64,000 bases of DNA, from IMG/VR virus record IMGVR_UViG_3300013713_000001, positions 32,001-96,000 of that record. One strand, written 5' to 3'. The notes under the pieces were generated by a model. The model did not search any database. It was not told the origin of the DNA and saw only the letters and a list, made by a program, of their open reading frames with translations. The DNA is from a virus. Its lineage: Duplodnaviria; Caudoviricetes. The position numbers were made by a program, and so were the translations under genes. Positions 38,677-48,204 of this stretch are shown one piece after another. How positions within the stretch are numbered: position 1 is the first letter of the stretch; the number at the start of each line of letters is the position of its first letter.

Positions 38677-39079
38677 GTTGGCTTCCCCCTTTTGGCTTCT
38701 CGAAACTGCAATCGGAGAACAGCTCTTTGTCCCCGAAGAAAGCATCGCTATTGGTAACCAGGTGACTGATCCCCACCTGGATAGCGCCTTTTTCTTTGTA
38801 GATGTACAGCAACTCCAGACCCATCTGGTAGGTCTGAACCTCTACATCCCCCAACCCCACATCTTCAGGGTTGACTTTGGCGAAACGCTGACCGAGCGGG
38901 TATTGCAAGACCTCTTCAGCGTCCACCGAGAATTTGCTTTCCTGAGGCTCCAGTTTAATGTCGTGGAAGACCTCAGGTGAGTTCGCGTAACCCCACTGTT
39001 TACAGATCAGGGTTTCGGCTTGAACGTTAAGGGAGAACAGTACGATAAATGCAGCAGAAATCAACTTCATGTGAATCAT
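38600..39079 (-). CDS. Exported (signal-peptide) protein
   Basis: MKLISAAFIVLFSLNVQA/ETLIC; two Cys. Confidence 0.65.
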   Translation of the reverse strand: MIHMKLISAAFIVLFSLNVQAETLICKQWGYANSPEVFHDIKLEPQESKFSVDAEEVLQYPLGQRFAKVNPEDVGLGDVEVQTYQMGLELLYIYKEKGAIQVGISHLVTNSDAFFGDKELFSDCSFEKPKGGSQHVVASESLFAVEAGGIRRSQQVYRF

Positions 39080-39104
39080 CCTTTTCAGGCAAATAGGTTA
39101 CAGA

Positions 39105-39650
39105 TCAGTTACCAGCAATTTCCAGCAGGTCGGTCATCTTCAGGTTAGCCACTTCGTCCAAGTGGGTCTTGAAGTTGTCAATGATCCCGCCGACTTCTTC
39201 GGCCCAGGTCCGGTAGCCTTCCGAACGGTCCTTACGGAAGCCCAGGCATGCGTCGAGCAGGTTACGACCGTACATGTGAATCTCGAGGCGGTTGTTTGTC
39301 TGCACGGCATAAAACATGGTGGGCCATTCCTGTTCAACCACCCAGGTCTTGCTCACCGATTCGCCCACTGGCACGTGGATGCTGCGGCGACGCTCACACC
39401 AGTCGCGTGCTTCGGTAAGTGCGCTGCACAGCTCGAGTACTTCGTTAGCGTGAAACGCCAGGGAACTGGTGATGGATTTGATGTCGGTCCCATCAAACGT
39501 CAGCACGTTGGTGCGGAACAGTCGACCTTTCTCTTGAAGGCGGACACCCACGCTAACAGCAATCTTGCCTTTACCGCACTTGATGGCAGAGGATTGAACC
39601 ACGTTGGAACGACCAGTCAATTCACTACGGCTGAACAGTTTCATAAACAT
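39105..39650 (-). CDS. Hypothetical protein
   Basis: 181-aa ORF. Confidence 0.7.
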   Translation of the reverse strand: MFMKLFSRSELTGRSNVVQSSAIKCGKGKIAVSVGVRLQEKGRLFRTNVLTFDGTDIKSITSSLAFHANEVLELCSALTEARDWCERRRSIHVPVGESVSKTWVVEQEWPTMFYAVQTNNRLEIHMYGRNLLDACLGFRKDRSEGYRTWAEEVGGIIDNFKTHLDEVANLKMTDLLEIAGN

Positions 39651-39677
39651 ACCCCTATAGGCAAATGAGAAGCAGAA

Positions 39678-40232
39678 CTAGATGATGGCAACCGCGTCGT
39701 TAATGTCGATCGCCATGAATTGGTCACGGTATCCAACAAGACACTCACGAAGCTCGGTGAGCCGTGCGATTCCATATTTCAGATGATCCGGTTTGGTCAA
39801 CTCGAACCCCAGGTTTAAGCCTGAAGAGTTACGAGAAAAGATGTCAATGCGAACTTCGGTGGCTGATCGGCTGCCATGAATAAAGAGCGGGTTGTGGCCA
39901 ACGATGGTTGACCCATGGAACCATCGATCACTGGTCCTTAACCACTCAATAGTCTCGTCGAACGCGGCGATGTGCTCGTTGACTGCCCGGTAATGTCCCA
40001 TAAGCTTTTCTACAACCGCGGTATACTCCTTAGCGTAGATAGCCTTGTCCTTCAGTCGCGCCAGGGACTGGAGGTTGATAATGGTCTTCAACCCGATAGC
40101 CCCACTGGACCCAAACTCCAGGTCCACCCGGGTCATAAAGGTTCCATTGTCAACGTTAGCGCGATTGCTGTAGACAACAGAACGATTTCGAAAAGAGTGT
40201 ATCAGCCGACGTTCGGTAAAAAGAGTAGCCAT
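39678..40232 (-). CDS. Hypothetical protein
   Basis: Likely start MATLF. Confidence 0.65.
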   Translation of the reverse strand: MATLFTERRLIHSFRNRSVVYSNRANVDNGTFMTRVDLEFGSSGAIGLKTIINLQSLARLKDKAIYAKEYTAVVEKLMGHYRAVNEHIAAFDETIEWLRTSDRWFHGSTIVGHNPLFIHGSRSATEVRIDIFSRNSSGLNLGFELTKPDHLKYGIARLTELRECLVGYRDQFMAIDINDAVAII

Positions 40233-40234
40233 GC

Positions 40235-40480
40235 TTAGTGCCTGTTCGTGAAGTGGAAGTCTTGCAGTGTAGTAATCGATTCGTACGTGGACCACGCCAG
40301 GGTAAAGAGGAAGAGGGCCAGAAAGACCACACCCCAGCGCAGATGGACCCGCTTAAGTTCGAATGCGTGCTTAGGCAGTCGGTCCAAACAACTGACCTGC
40401 ATCCATAAGCACATCAGCAGTACCGGAAGCGGGGAAAGGCAGATGAGTATGTTAAGCGTTACCATCGTCATGACAAGCAT
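40235..40480 (-). CDS. Small membrane protein
   Basis: Two hydrophobic helices. Confidence 0.55.
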   Translation of the reverse strand: MLVMTMVTLNILICLSPLPVLLMCLWMQVSCLDRLPKHAFELKRVHLRWGVVFLALFLFTLAWSTYESITTLQDFHFTNRH

Positions 40481-40677
40481 CCTTTATTTTCTCTGCCTAC
40501 CAACAGCGCTGTGTTACGCTCGTCAGCCGGCAAGGTACCAAGGTAGTCCATGTAGGCCAGGGTTTGTTTAAGTCCTTTAGCAATCTCCACAAGCTTGAGC
40601 TTACCCCAGCTTACCACATGGGTATCGTGAAGCAGGTGATCGTTCCCCTTCAAATTAGCATTGAAGTCAAGCGCCAT
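40468..40677 (-). CDS. Small hypothetical protein
   Basis: First ORF after promoter, AAGGA RBS. Confidence 0.6.
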   Translation of the reverse strand: MALDFNANLKGNDHLLHDTHVVSWGKLKLVEIAKGLKQTLAYMDYLGTLPADERNTALLVGRENKGCLS

Positions 40678-40705
40678 ATTAATTCCTTTGTATTAATCTA
40701 CCCAA

Positions 40706-40716
40706 GTGATATAGGC
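40706..40716 (-). promoter_or_regulatory. Early promoter variant
   Basis: GCCTATATCAC followed by TTGGGTAGATTA. Confidence 0.65.
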
Positions 40717-40723
40717 TTAAAAA

Positions 40724-41197
40724 CTACTTGAACTTAACTTTGGTGTAGCCCACCAGGTTCGTAGGGAACCGTGCTTTGTCAACGAACTCAAAGCCCAGTT
40801 TACCGTAGAACTCCAGAGCATCCACGTTACCCCGCAGGCACTCTACCTTTAACGGGAAATGCACCGAACGGGCAAATATGTCCACGAGCCGAGTTCCTAC
40901 GTGACCCTTGCGGTAGGTTTCTTCTACCCAGAGCATTTGAATCTCTCGAGGATCAGTTGGCGATACCGCCAATACCCCAGCCAACTTCTCGCCATCCAGT
41001 GCAATAACAAACCTACGGGTAATGTCAGTGAGGTCACCGCAACGCTTCTCGATTTCCTCCTTGCCAAAGCTGTGGGGATCCTTTCCAAGCAACCTGGCTT
41101 CAAGAAGAAAGGTCTGGTAGAAGCCGTGATCCAGGTGTTTGGACAGCAGGCAGCGTGTCAGTCCATCGTTGTCAAGCAGTTGGTAGGTAATGGTCAT
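40724..41197 (-). CDS. GNAT-family acetyltransferase
   Basis: LWVEETYRKGHVGTRL; NVDALEFYGKLGF. Confidence 0.85.
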   Translation of the reverse strand: MTITYQLLDNDGLTRCLLSKHLDHGFYQTFLLEARLLGKDPHSFGKEEIEKRCGDLTDITRRFVIALDGEKLAGVLAVSPTDPREIQMLWVEETYRKGHVGTRLVDIFARSVHFPLKVECLRGNVDALEFYGKLGFEFVDKARFPTNLVGYTKVKFK

Positions 41198-41251
41198 AAG
41201 TCCTCCACAAAAAAAAATAAAGGGTGGGGGAGTGTGACCTCCCCCGGTTTA

Positions 41252-41686
41252 TCAGCTGGCCTTGCAGTGACCCAGCGTGACCACGCGATCGATTGGATTG
41301 TCCTGGATCTTCTGGCCCGGCGTTTCGTCTTTCGAGGTGGTAAAGATCATAAAGAAGGGCTGGCCATTGCCGTCCCGTTTCTTGAAGATCATGCCACGGT
41401 CGTTTTGAGCAAAGTTGTTTACCAGGTCATACTCGGCCTTGGTAAACGTCAGTTCCTTGTTGAACGCTTTGCTCTTTTCCACGGTAAGCCCACCCGCGGT
41501 TACGCTGACCCTGTTCTCTTCCGACTGAATGGGGTTGTCAGTCTTGTAGACGTCAGCGGGATGCTTGGCTGCCATGTCTACAACGTTGTCGGTGTACTGC
41601 TGGCAGACAAAGCTGTTAGCCAGAGCGCCCATAGAGAATACGGAGGAGAGTACTACAACAATCAGCTTTTTCATAAGGGTATCCAT
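41252..41686 (-). CDS. Exported (signal-peptide) protein
   Basis: MKKLIVVVLSSVFSMGALA/NSFVC; C-terminal Cys. Confidence 0.7.
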   Translation of the reverse strand: MDTLMKKLIVVVLSSVFSMGALANSFVCQQYTDNVVDMAAKHPADVYKTDNPIQSEENRVSVTAGGLTVEKSKAFNKELTFTKAEYDLVNNFAQNDRGMIFKKRDGNGQPFFMIFTTSKDETPGQKIQDNPIDRVVTLGHCKAS

Positions 41687-41724
41687 TCTTAGGTTAGGGT
41701 GTTGGTTGTGACAACTACTGGGGG

Positions 41725-42069
41725 TTAGTGCCGGGCACTCAAGAACTCACTGACGTTCTTTTGAGCCAGCCACTCGGTCATCTTTTTGTTGGGCATGTAC
41801 GTCCCGTTGATCTTGGCCTTACAGACCGCCACTGCAATGTTGCGACTACAGGCCTTGTGCGCTCGCCACCAGGAGACCCAGATAGGACTGGGCGCGCCTG
41901 AGGGGGTTGCACGGATGGGTTCTTCCATCATCCTCAACTTGGCCCACCAATCGTAACGGGCTTGGTTGGTACTGCAGTTGTTGGCGTCCATGTACCAACG
42001 CAGCCATTCCGGGTTGGGTTCGCCGTTCTTAAGAAAGAAGACGGGTTCCTTTTTAGTATTCATTCCCAT
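41725..42069 (-). CDS. W-x-x-W repeat protein
   Basis: Two P.P.W..W....CS repeats. Confidence 0.65.
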   Translation of the reverse strand: MGMNTKKEPVFFLKNGEPNPEWLRWYMDANNCSTNQARYDWWAKLRMMEEPIRATPSGAPSPIWVSWWRAHKACSRNIAVAVCKAKINGTYMPNKKMTEWLAQKNVSEFLSARH

Positions 42070-42887
42070 TAACCTTCGATAATAAAGCGTAGGCTGGTGG
42101 CGGTGCTTGGTTGGGTCAGTTCCAGGTAGTGAATCGTCAAACCTGTCACGAACTCCTCGTGGAATTCCAAGAACAGATCCCCACCGTGGAGTTTGAGCGC
42201 CAGCTCAGGAAACGCCATACGGGGAAGAAGGTATTGATCCTTATGGATTCCATAACGCCGGATGTGCGCGAGTGCCCACGAAGGGTTACCAACGCAGTAA
42301 TCCGTTATCCGTGACTCGCCAAAGAGCGCCGTGACCTTGTCCTGGACCGCCTCGGGAAGACTTATCCCGTAGAACGAAGCGTCGCCGGTCTGTTGGGCAA
42401 TCCAGCGCGTTCGGAAGAACTTAGTGTAGTCCGTCCAGACAAATCTGGTAACCCCCTTGGGCAGCTCCTCCTCGAACAACTTCACCAGAGAAACTATCCA
42501 CCCTATTAGCGTGCGGATCCCATCGGCGCTGAACCGGTCCATAGCCAAGCGCTCAATCGCCGAATGCCGGTGTTTCCCGTTGATGATATCGCTGTACTTG
42601 GCGTAGGGGTAGTCCTCGGTGACGTCCTCGAAGTAGGTGGGATGAACCAGCGCCTTCCTGAACTTATCAGAGAGCCGCGTACTGGCGGTTAGCTCCTCGA
42701 GCCGGGCAAGGCTATGCTGAATCTCTTCCCCGCGAACCTTTTCAGCTGTAGCTCCGTCAGTCTGAAAGTTGTAGATGTGTATGAGACGAGCGATCTCCTC
42801 CTCCACTGGACTTAGGACCCGAGGTGGGAACGAATTGCGGTCACTGTAGACCACCACTTTCTTTTCACGTTCTGTAAGGTAATCCAT
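42069..42887 (-). CDS. Hypothetical early protein
   Basis: 272-aa ORF after promoter, GAGG RBS. Confidence 0.7.
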   Translation of the reverse strand: MDYLTEREKKVVVYSDRNSFPPRVLSPVEEEIARLIHIYNFQTDGATAEKVRGEEIQHSLARLEELTASTRLSDKFRKALVHPTYFEDVTEDYPYAKYSDIINGKHRHSAIERLAMDRFSADGIRTLIGWIVSLVKLFEEELPKGVTRFVWTDYTKFFRTRWIAQQTGDASFYGISLPEAVQDKVTALFGESRITDYCVGNPSWALAHIRRYGIHKDQYLLPRMAFPELALKLHGGDLFLEFHEEFVTGLTIHYLELTQPSTATSLRFIIEG

Positions 42888-42931
42888 TAAACAATCCTCA
42901 TTAGAAATTATTGCAAGGTAAATACACCCTA

Positions 42932-42942
42932 ATGATGTAGGT
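42932..42942 (-). promoter_or_regulatory. Early promoter variant
   Basis: ACCTACATCAT followed by TAGGGTG. Confidence 0.65.
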
Positions 42943-43025
42943 TCAGAAAAGAATAGAAGTTAAATCCTTTGCGTTCTTCTCGCTGATATAGATTGTGTCG
43001 GGTGTCAAAAAATAAAGCCGTATAG

Positions 43026-43054
43026 CTACCTACCAGCCAGTGGCTGGTAGGTAG
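43026..43054 (-). terminator. Terminator hairpin
   Basis: CTACCTACCAGCC/GGCTGGTAGGTAG stem. Confidence 0.75.
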
Positions 43055-43060
43055 TAAGGG

Positions 43061-43258
43061 TTATCGCAGGTCTTTGTCTCGGTCGAATGCAGCGGCCTTT
43101 TCTGCTTCCCATCTCGCATGGCAAGCGGAGGTGTCGTAAACTCCCCAGCACCAGGTAACCGCAAAAGAGCGAAACGTCTTGCTTATCATCCCTGTTCCAT
43201 AGACTACAAAGAGCACAAGAAGGAGGTAGATAAAAGCAAGTTTCGTGTATTTAGTCAT
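43061..43258 (-). CDS. Small membrane protein
   Basis: N-terminal hydrophobic helix. Confidence 0.55.
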   Translation of the reverse strand: MTKYTKLAFIYLLLVLFVVYGTGMISKTFRSFAVTWCWGVYDTSACHARWEAEKAAAFDRDKDLR

Positions 43259-43267
43259 TACTTGTCC

Positions 43268-43723
43268 TTAAGTAGGTCGCATGGAACAACCCAGCGCTAC
43301 TGCTTCGTGAATGGGCATACTGTCCCGCCTTGCGATGTCAAGTACCCACGCATGGGAGATATACCGCCCATTGGTGGTAAACAACGAAGGGGGCTCTGGA
43401 GGAAGGGCAATGTCCGCGGCAATATCTGCAGTAATGGCCTCGCCTAGCTTCTGGGCGATCAGCTGGATCTTTCCCAATGAGGTATCATCTGCTGTGTGGA
43501 TGAGATGATGAAACTCATCACCCTTGCTAGGACCGTTCCTTAATACGAAATCCAGCCAGTCACACCAGATCCGGTTGTAATGCCCCTCTTTGCGGCTGAA
43601 CAGCGGAGGCTCAGATGCATGGGGGACGTAGGGCCCGCCTTCAATAAAGGAACGAATGAAGGGGAGTTCTGCCATATGGGGGTTTAGTGCAGCTACCCCC
43701 AATGAGTTTAGTAAGTCACTCAT
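43268..43723 (-). CDS. Hypothetical protein
   Basis: 151-aa ORF. Confidence 0.6.
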   Translation of the reverse strand: MSDLLNSLGVAALNPHMAELPFIRSFIEGGPYVPHASEPPLFSRKEGHYNRIWCDWLDFVLRNGPSKGDEFHHLIHTADDTSLGKIQLIAQKLGEAITADIAADIALPPEPPSLFTTNGRYISHAWVLDIARRDSMPIHEAVALGCSMRPT

Positions 43724-43849
43724 CTCGCCTACCCTAGATAAGAATCCAAAGACAGGTCCCAGTAAAACCAGAACACGCCATTGATCGTCACACCATACTC
43801 AACCCCAAAGGAGTGAACAAAGGCGTAAATAACTCTGCCCTCGTGATCC

Positions 43850-44110
43850 TTACCAACTGGAATTAAGGGAGTGTCCATAAAGCGAATGCTCCAAGGGTTT
43901 AATCCAGTCAAAACTACGTTGAGGTTTAATAACGGTCCTGATAGGAGTGTACCAGATGTAACCAACGCGCTCCTCCCCCATGTAGAACCGAACTAGCTTG
44001 TCGCATTCTTTCGTTACAATCCACTGGTTAGGACCCGGTGGGTGTATTCTTGCGGTTACGGCTAATTCTCGGTCCACAAAGGGCCAGCCAATTACATCGT
44101 GGCAACTCAT
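43850..44110 (-). CDS. Small hypothetical protein
   Basis: 86 aa, AGGAG RBS. Confidence 0.55.
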   Translation of the reverse strand: MSCHDVIGWPFVDRELAVTARIHPPGPNQWIVTKECDKLVRFYMGEERVGYIWYTPIRTVIKPQRSFDWIKPLEHSLYGHSLNSSW

Positions 44111-44122
44111 TACCTTTTCTCC

Positions 44123-44701
44123 TTACAGGGCCATTAGTCGTTTGATTTCATCGGTGGTTTTCTTGTCTTTCACTTCTTCCCAAGAAGCTTCGTCCATCGT
44201 AATGTCCATCTTGATGGAGACGCCAGAGAACCCGAATTCTGAGAACAAGACAATCTTGTCGTTGAAGTGCTTGACTCGGTTCTCGATCATCCACTGGACA
44301 ATCGCCTGGTCAAGGATTTCGCGTTCCTGATCAGGGGTCCAGATGTCCGTTTTCTTTTTGTTCAGCCAGGATGGCATGGTCTTCAAACTGATGCCGTAGA
44401 ACTGTTGTTTGTAGATCACCATGCCGTGGTTGCCCTCGGCTTTCAACTGGTGGATCAGTTGGGGGACATTGTCCAGTTCGTAGATGAACTGTGCCAGCGT
44501 TTTCATTTTGTCCTTTACCTTGGGGTTCAGCAAGGTATCGCAAAACGACCGCTGGATAAAGTCGGGGACCTGACTATAGATCTGCCTGACTCGCTCCAGG
44601 AGTTTCTTGGCATTCTTTGGCGGGTAGTCCCGGAACCACGCGATGACCTGCTGTTCTTGTTCTACTGCTTCCGCGTTGGGATTGAATTCAAAATTTTTCA
44701 T
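44123..44701 (-). CDS. Hypothetical protein
   Basis: 192 aa, GAGGAG RBS. Confidence 0.75.
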   Translation of the reverse strand: MKNFEFNPNAEAVEQEQQVIAWFRDYPPKNAKKLLERVRQIYSQVPDFIQRSFCDTLLNPKVKDKMKTLAQFIYELDNVPQLIHQLKAEGNHGMVIYKQQFYGISLKTMPSWLNKKKTDIWTPDQEREILDQAIVQWMIENRVKHFNDKIVLFSEFGFSGVSIKMDITMDEASWEEVKDKKTTDEIKRLMAL

Positions 44702-44786
44702 AAATGTGCTCCTCAGACCTTAAAGATGAATCGGCAAGTAATATTTTATGTCAACCATTAACACATCAACAGACTAGGGGTACTAC

Positions 44787-45884
44787 ATGGACATGGCAGC
44801 TGATTCCGACAATACTGAACTTTACGAGGACGATCACATCGAGGAAGTGTTTACTGCCCTCGACGATACGCTCGATGAGGTTGCCGGTACCGAAGGTCTG
44901 ACGAAAGCGCAAACCTACATGTGGAGTGTTCTGAACGCCAACGGTGACGTCTCCTACCAGCAGCGGGTAGCCGGTAACGAAAGCTTCTTCTCGAAGGTTG
45001 GTGACGGCCTCGCTAAGGTATGGGCGTACATCAAGAAGATGTTCAACGGCATCCTGAACTTCTTTGGTCTCGGTGAGAAGAAAGAACCCGGGATGAGTAT
45101 TACCGAACAAACCGATGCCATCTTGAAAGCCAACCAGGAAAACCTGGCTGCGTTGACGGGTGCTCGAATGAACTTCGGTGAGCAACTGAAGCGTCAGGTG
45201 GTGCGTTCGCAAAGCGAGCTCGATGCCTTCATGACCGCGCCGAACGTGACCACGACGGAACGTAAGGAAGCCGAAGACCTGAAGGCCAAGCTTCACGACA
45301 TCAAGGCCCTGCCAGCGCCTGAGCAACAGCGCGTTGTCAAAGAAGTCGTTGAACGTTTCGTCAAGATCAACTCCCGGATGCAGCGTGCACTCGACGATCA
45401 ATGCCAAAAGGCGTTGGACGAGTACAAGCGTTATCAGGAACAGGTGACCTTTGACAACAGTTCCCACTTTGCTGGGACCGCCTTCCTGGGCATGTACAAC
45501 ATCTACCATGCGGCGATGAAGCACAACGCCAGTCATGAGATCGCCCAGTTTGTTCGTATTCCTCAAGGCATGCGCACTCTGAACGATGCGGCGCGTGCTC
45601 AGGAGTCGTTGGCCAAAGCGGTCAAGGAACTGGAAAGCGAATCCGCGTCGATCAGCCGCGGGATCAAAGCCGACGCAATCAACCAGATCAAGAGGCTGCA
45701 AGAGCTGGTTGAGCGGAAGGACCTGCGCGATGCCAACCGCGACAAGTTCAACAAGGACTTGAAGGCCTGCCAGCTGATCCTTAAGCTGACCACCAACGCC
45801 ATCCGCCAGTTGCGCGCCACCTGCGAGAACATCCGCAAGATCAGCAACATGATCAACCGTATGTTCGGTGTAGTCACCGGTTAA
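44787..45884 (+). CDS. Putative internal head (ejection) protein with acidic propeptide
   Basis: Acidic N-terminus with AGTE and AGNE (S/A/G-x-E protease-type sites), then amphipathic FFSKVGDGLAKVWAYIKKMF; biased codons. Confidence 0.65.
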   Translation: MDMAADSDNTELYEDDHIEEVFTALDDTLDEVAGTEGLTKAQTYMWSVLNANGDVSYQQRVAGNESFFSKVGDGLAKVWAYIKKMFNGILNFFGLGEKKEPGMSITEQTDAILKANQENLAALTGARMNFGEQLKRQVVRSQSELDAFMTAPNVTTTERKEAEDLKAKLHDIKALPAPEQQRVVKEVVERFVKINSRMQRALDDQCQKALDEYKRYQEQVTFDNSSHFAGTAFLGMYNIYHAAMKHNASHEIAQFVRIPQGMRTLNDAARAQESLAKAVKELESESASISRGIKADAINQIKRLQELVERKDLRDANRDKFNKDLKACQLILKLTTNAIRQLRATCENIRKISNMINRMFGVVTG

Positions 45885-45895
45885 AAAGAAACTCT

Positions 45896-45937
45896 CCTAC
45901 CGCACCCCTGGGGTGCGGTAGGTAGGGTCTATTATGC
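45896..45937 (+). terminator. Hairpin plus conserved 17-mer
   Basis: CCTACCGCACC/GGTGCGGTAGG, with GGTAGGGTCTATTATGC at 45921-45937. Confidence 0.75.
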
Positions 45938-46288
45938 ATTTCCTGCTAAACGCTTCTTAACCTTTGCTCGACCCACCAACAGGGTTTCGGCAAGGCTAAC
46001 CTTGTGCTTCTCGCGATACCACGTGATCCAGGCGGGTGAGGGGTTGAACCGGCTCAGGTTACTCAGGACCTCGGGTTCTTTAGGATCTTTATCGGGATCC
46101 TGTCCCTTTACCGCGGCTCGATAACGAGCCTCGAGACGGCGCTTACCTTCTTCCAGGGCATCCCGTAGACCGCAGTCATGGTTGATCCGGTACCACTCCA
46201 GCCAGTCCTTACTCAGACCCACCGACAGCGGGCGGTCGCCCCGCAAGTCAGGTTCCGGGGTACCCTTAAGTGGAGATACTTCTTCCAT
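45932..46288 (-). CDS. W-x-x-W repeat protein
   Basis: WLEWYRINHDCGLRDA and WITWYREKHKVSLAET; start MEEVSP, AGGAG RBS. Confidence 0.65.
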   Translation of the reverse strand: MEEVSPLKGTPEPDLRGDRPLSVGLSKDWLEWYRINHDCGLRDALEEGKRRLEARYRAAVKGQDPDKDPKEPEVLSNLSRFNPSPAWITWYREKHKVSLAETLLVGRAKVKKRLAGNA

Positions 46289-46298
46289 AACGAACTCC

Positions 46299-46718
46299 TT
46301 ATTCTCGATGAGTGATACACACCGCAGTTTGGTGAGCTTCTTCGAAACTAACCCCAAAGCTGTAGCTGTACCAGATAACCCACTCCAGAGAGATAACCTT
46401 GTTGGGACCCACCAATACCGGAGGGAGATAACCATTGCAGTAGTGACGTGGTGGTTCTAAGGCCAGTCCCTTCTTGATATCGTCCACAGCCTTAAGGGCG
46501 GCTGGGTACCCGAGGGTAATGTTTCGTTTCAGGAACCACGCTAACCAGCGGGTATTAACGCCGTGGGGCTCAGCGCCAAACACAGACGGTTCATCAACAG
46601 CAGGGATGTAATGCACCCGAGGAACAGCAACAAAGCCACTCGGAATACGAGGCTCTGCTTCGGGAGGCAGGATGTACAGGGAGAAGAGACGCTTGAGGTG
46701 AAGGATCATCCGCTTCAT
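46299..46718 (-). CDS. W-x-x-W repeat protein
   Basis: WLAWFLKRN and WVIWYSYSFGVSFEEA. Confidence 0.6.
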   Translation of the reverse strand: MKRMILHLKRLFSLYILPPEAEPRIPSGFVAVPRVHYIPAVDEPSVFGAEPHGVNTRWLAWFLKRNITLGYPAALKAVDDIKKGLALEPPRHYCNGYLPPVLVGPNKVISLEWVIWYSYSFGVSFEEAHQTAVCITHRE

Positions 46719-46783
46719 GCGGGTATACTCGACAAGAGGGTTAAGGATAAGGGGGTCCGTACAATGACCCCCTAGGTTGGAAC

Positions 46784-47641
46784 TTAGTACAAGACGTTCG
46801 TGACAGTGGTCGGACGGCCTTCGTTCTCACCGTAGAGTACATCACGGAAGGCCAAGATAACTTCGGTAACGAGCATCTTTTCCATAGGTGTCTGCTCGTC
46901 TCGCCCTTCGTAACGGATTTCAAGACCCCCTCCATCTTCCTCACTCGCGTTCAGAGTAAAGAGGTGAGGTGGAGAGATCTCCAGCACGTCCGTTTCGGGG
47001 GTGTGTTCCCGCACGTGGATGACCACCAGACGATCCCCGTTTTCACGGGTAATGCGACTCAGTGAAGGTGAGAACCGCTTCTTCTTGAAGTAGCTGGGAA
47101 GTTCGACTGTGTCTTTGAATTCCACCAGGGGCAACGCCCGATGCTTGGCATGGTAAGACTCCAGGCCATAGAACAGGTCCCGGACCATGAGGTTAGAAGT
47201 CTTTCTCCGAATACCCTCTTCGACGTCAAAGTACTCGCCAATATTCATGGAGACCTTGATGGGTTCTCCGGGAACCTGTTTCAGTACAAAGACCACGGTC
47301 ATCAAGGGGTGAGGTTCCTTGCTGTCCTTCGTGTACCCCACTACTGCAAATTCACCAATGCCGTTGATCGTCCCGTTTACTTCTGGAAGGAACAGTTTGG
47401 CAAAGTCAGGGTTTAATTCACGTGACGCAGTCCCCAGAAGCCCAGTCATCAGCCCCATCCTGGCCATACCCGTTTGGTAGTTTACAGCCTTGTCGTTCTC
47501 GCCGTAGGTTTCCCCAGCCAGGACAATGCCGTTATCGACCATTTCGGACCAGGTGGTCTTTTTGCTCTGCAGGTCCTCGGTCTTGATCGAGCAGATGATA
47601 TCAAACGAGCTGCAGTCAGTGGCCATGATGTGCTTGTTCAT
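46784..47641 (-). CDS. Hypothetical protein
   Basis: 285 aa, AGGAG RBS. Confidence 0.7.
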   Translation of the reverse strand: MNKHIMATDCSSFDIICSIKTEDLQSKKTTWSEMVDNGIVLAGETYGENDKAVNYQTGMARMGLMTGLLGTASRELNPDFAKLFLPEVNGTINGIGEFAVVGYTKDSKEPHPLMTVVFVLKQVPGEPIKVSMNIGEYFDVEEGIRRKTSNLMVRDLFYGLESYHAKHRALPLVEFKDTVELPSYFKKKRFSPSLSRITRENGDRLVVIHVREHTPETDVLEISPPHLFTLNASEEDGGGLEIRYEGRDEQTPMEKMLVTEVILAFRDVLYGENEGRPTTVTNVLY

Positions 47642-47652
47642 GGGAGGTACTC

Positions 47653-48123
47653 CTAGTTGAGTTGATGAGTGTTGGGGGATTCGACGCTAAGCATGAAGAG
47701 TTTGAGCCAGTTGATGCAGTATTCAACAAGCTCTATTTTGTACTCATCCATGACGTCAGTCGCCTCATGGAGCATGATAATGGTTTCACCCTTACCGTCT
47801 TCTCGGGCCATGATACTGAAGCAGTTAGGGCCGGTTGGCCCAGGTCCCGTTTTGAATGCCAGCAGGCAGTACTCGATATTGTCCTCACGGGATTTCCAGA
47901 ACCCTGGGTAAGGATACATCATGATGCTCCGCTCACCGGTTGCCGGGTCAGGTGTCTTAGTCTTACCCTCAAACATCGGGAGGTTGTTGGTATCGCGGAT
48001 AAAGGTGTAAATCGACTGCCACAACAGCTTGAACGCGATAGGACCAACCAGCTCTCCTGGCGCGATGTAAGTGTGTGAGTCGGGAAGGTGTTCAGAAGGA
48101 GTTGTCTTGTAACTATCGATCAT
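47653..48123 (-). CDS. Hypothetical early protein
   Basis: 156 aa after promoter. Confidence 0.7.
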   Translation of the reverse strand: MIDSYKTTPSEHLPDSHTYIAPGELVGPIAFKLLWQSIYTFIRDTNNLPMFEGKTKTPDPATGERSIMMYPYPGFWKSREDNIEYCLLAFKTGPGPTGPNCFSIMAREDGKGETIIMLHEATDVMDEYKIELVEYCINWLKLFMLSVESPNTHQLN

Positions 48124-48165
48124 AGTGAAGCCCTGTAGATAAACAATATGCGTGGTTACACAATG

Positions 48166-48176
48166 GTAATATAGGT
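48166..48176 (-). promoter_or_regulatory. Early promoter
   Basis: ACCTATATTAC. Confidence 0.85.
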
Positions 48177-48204
48177 TTCAGAAAAAATAAGTAATTTAGA
48201 GAAC

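Noticed and set aside
42069-42887. IINGKHR as a ParB/sulfiredoxin motif
   Set aside because: Single short match with no supporting flanking motifs
44738-44748. Twelfth early promoter (AATATTAC on - strand)
   Set aside because: Lacks the ACCT part of the consensus and overlaps a possible late TATG for the divergent gene; left uncalled
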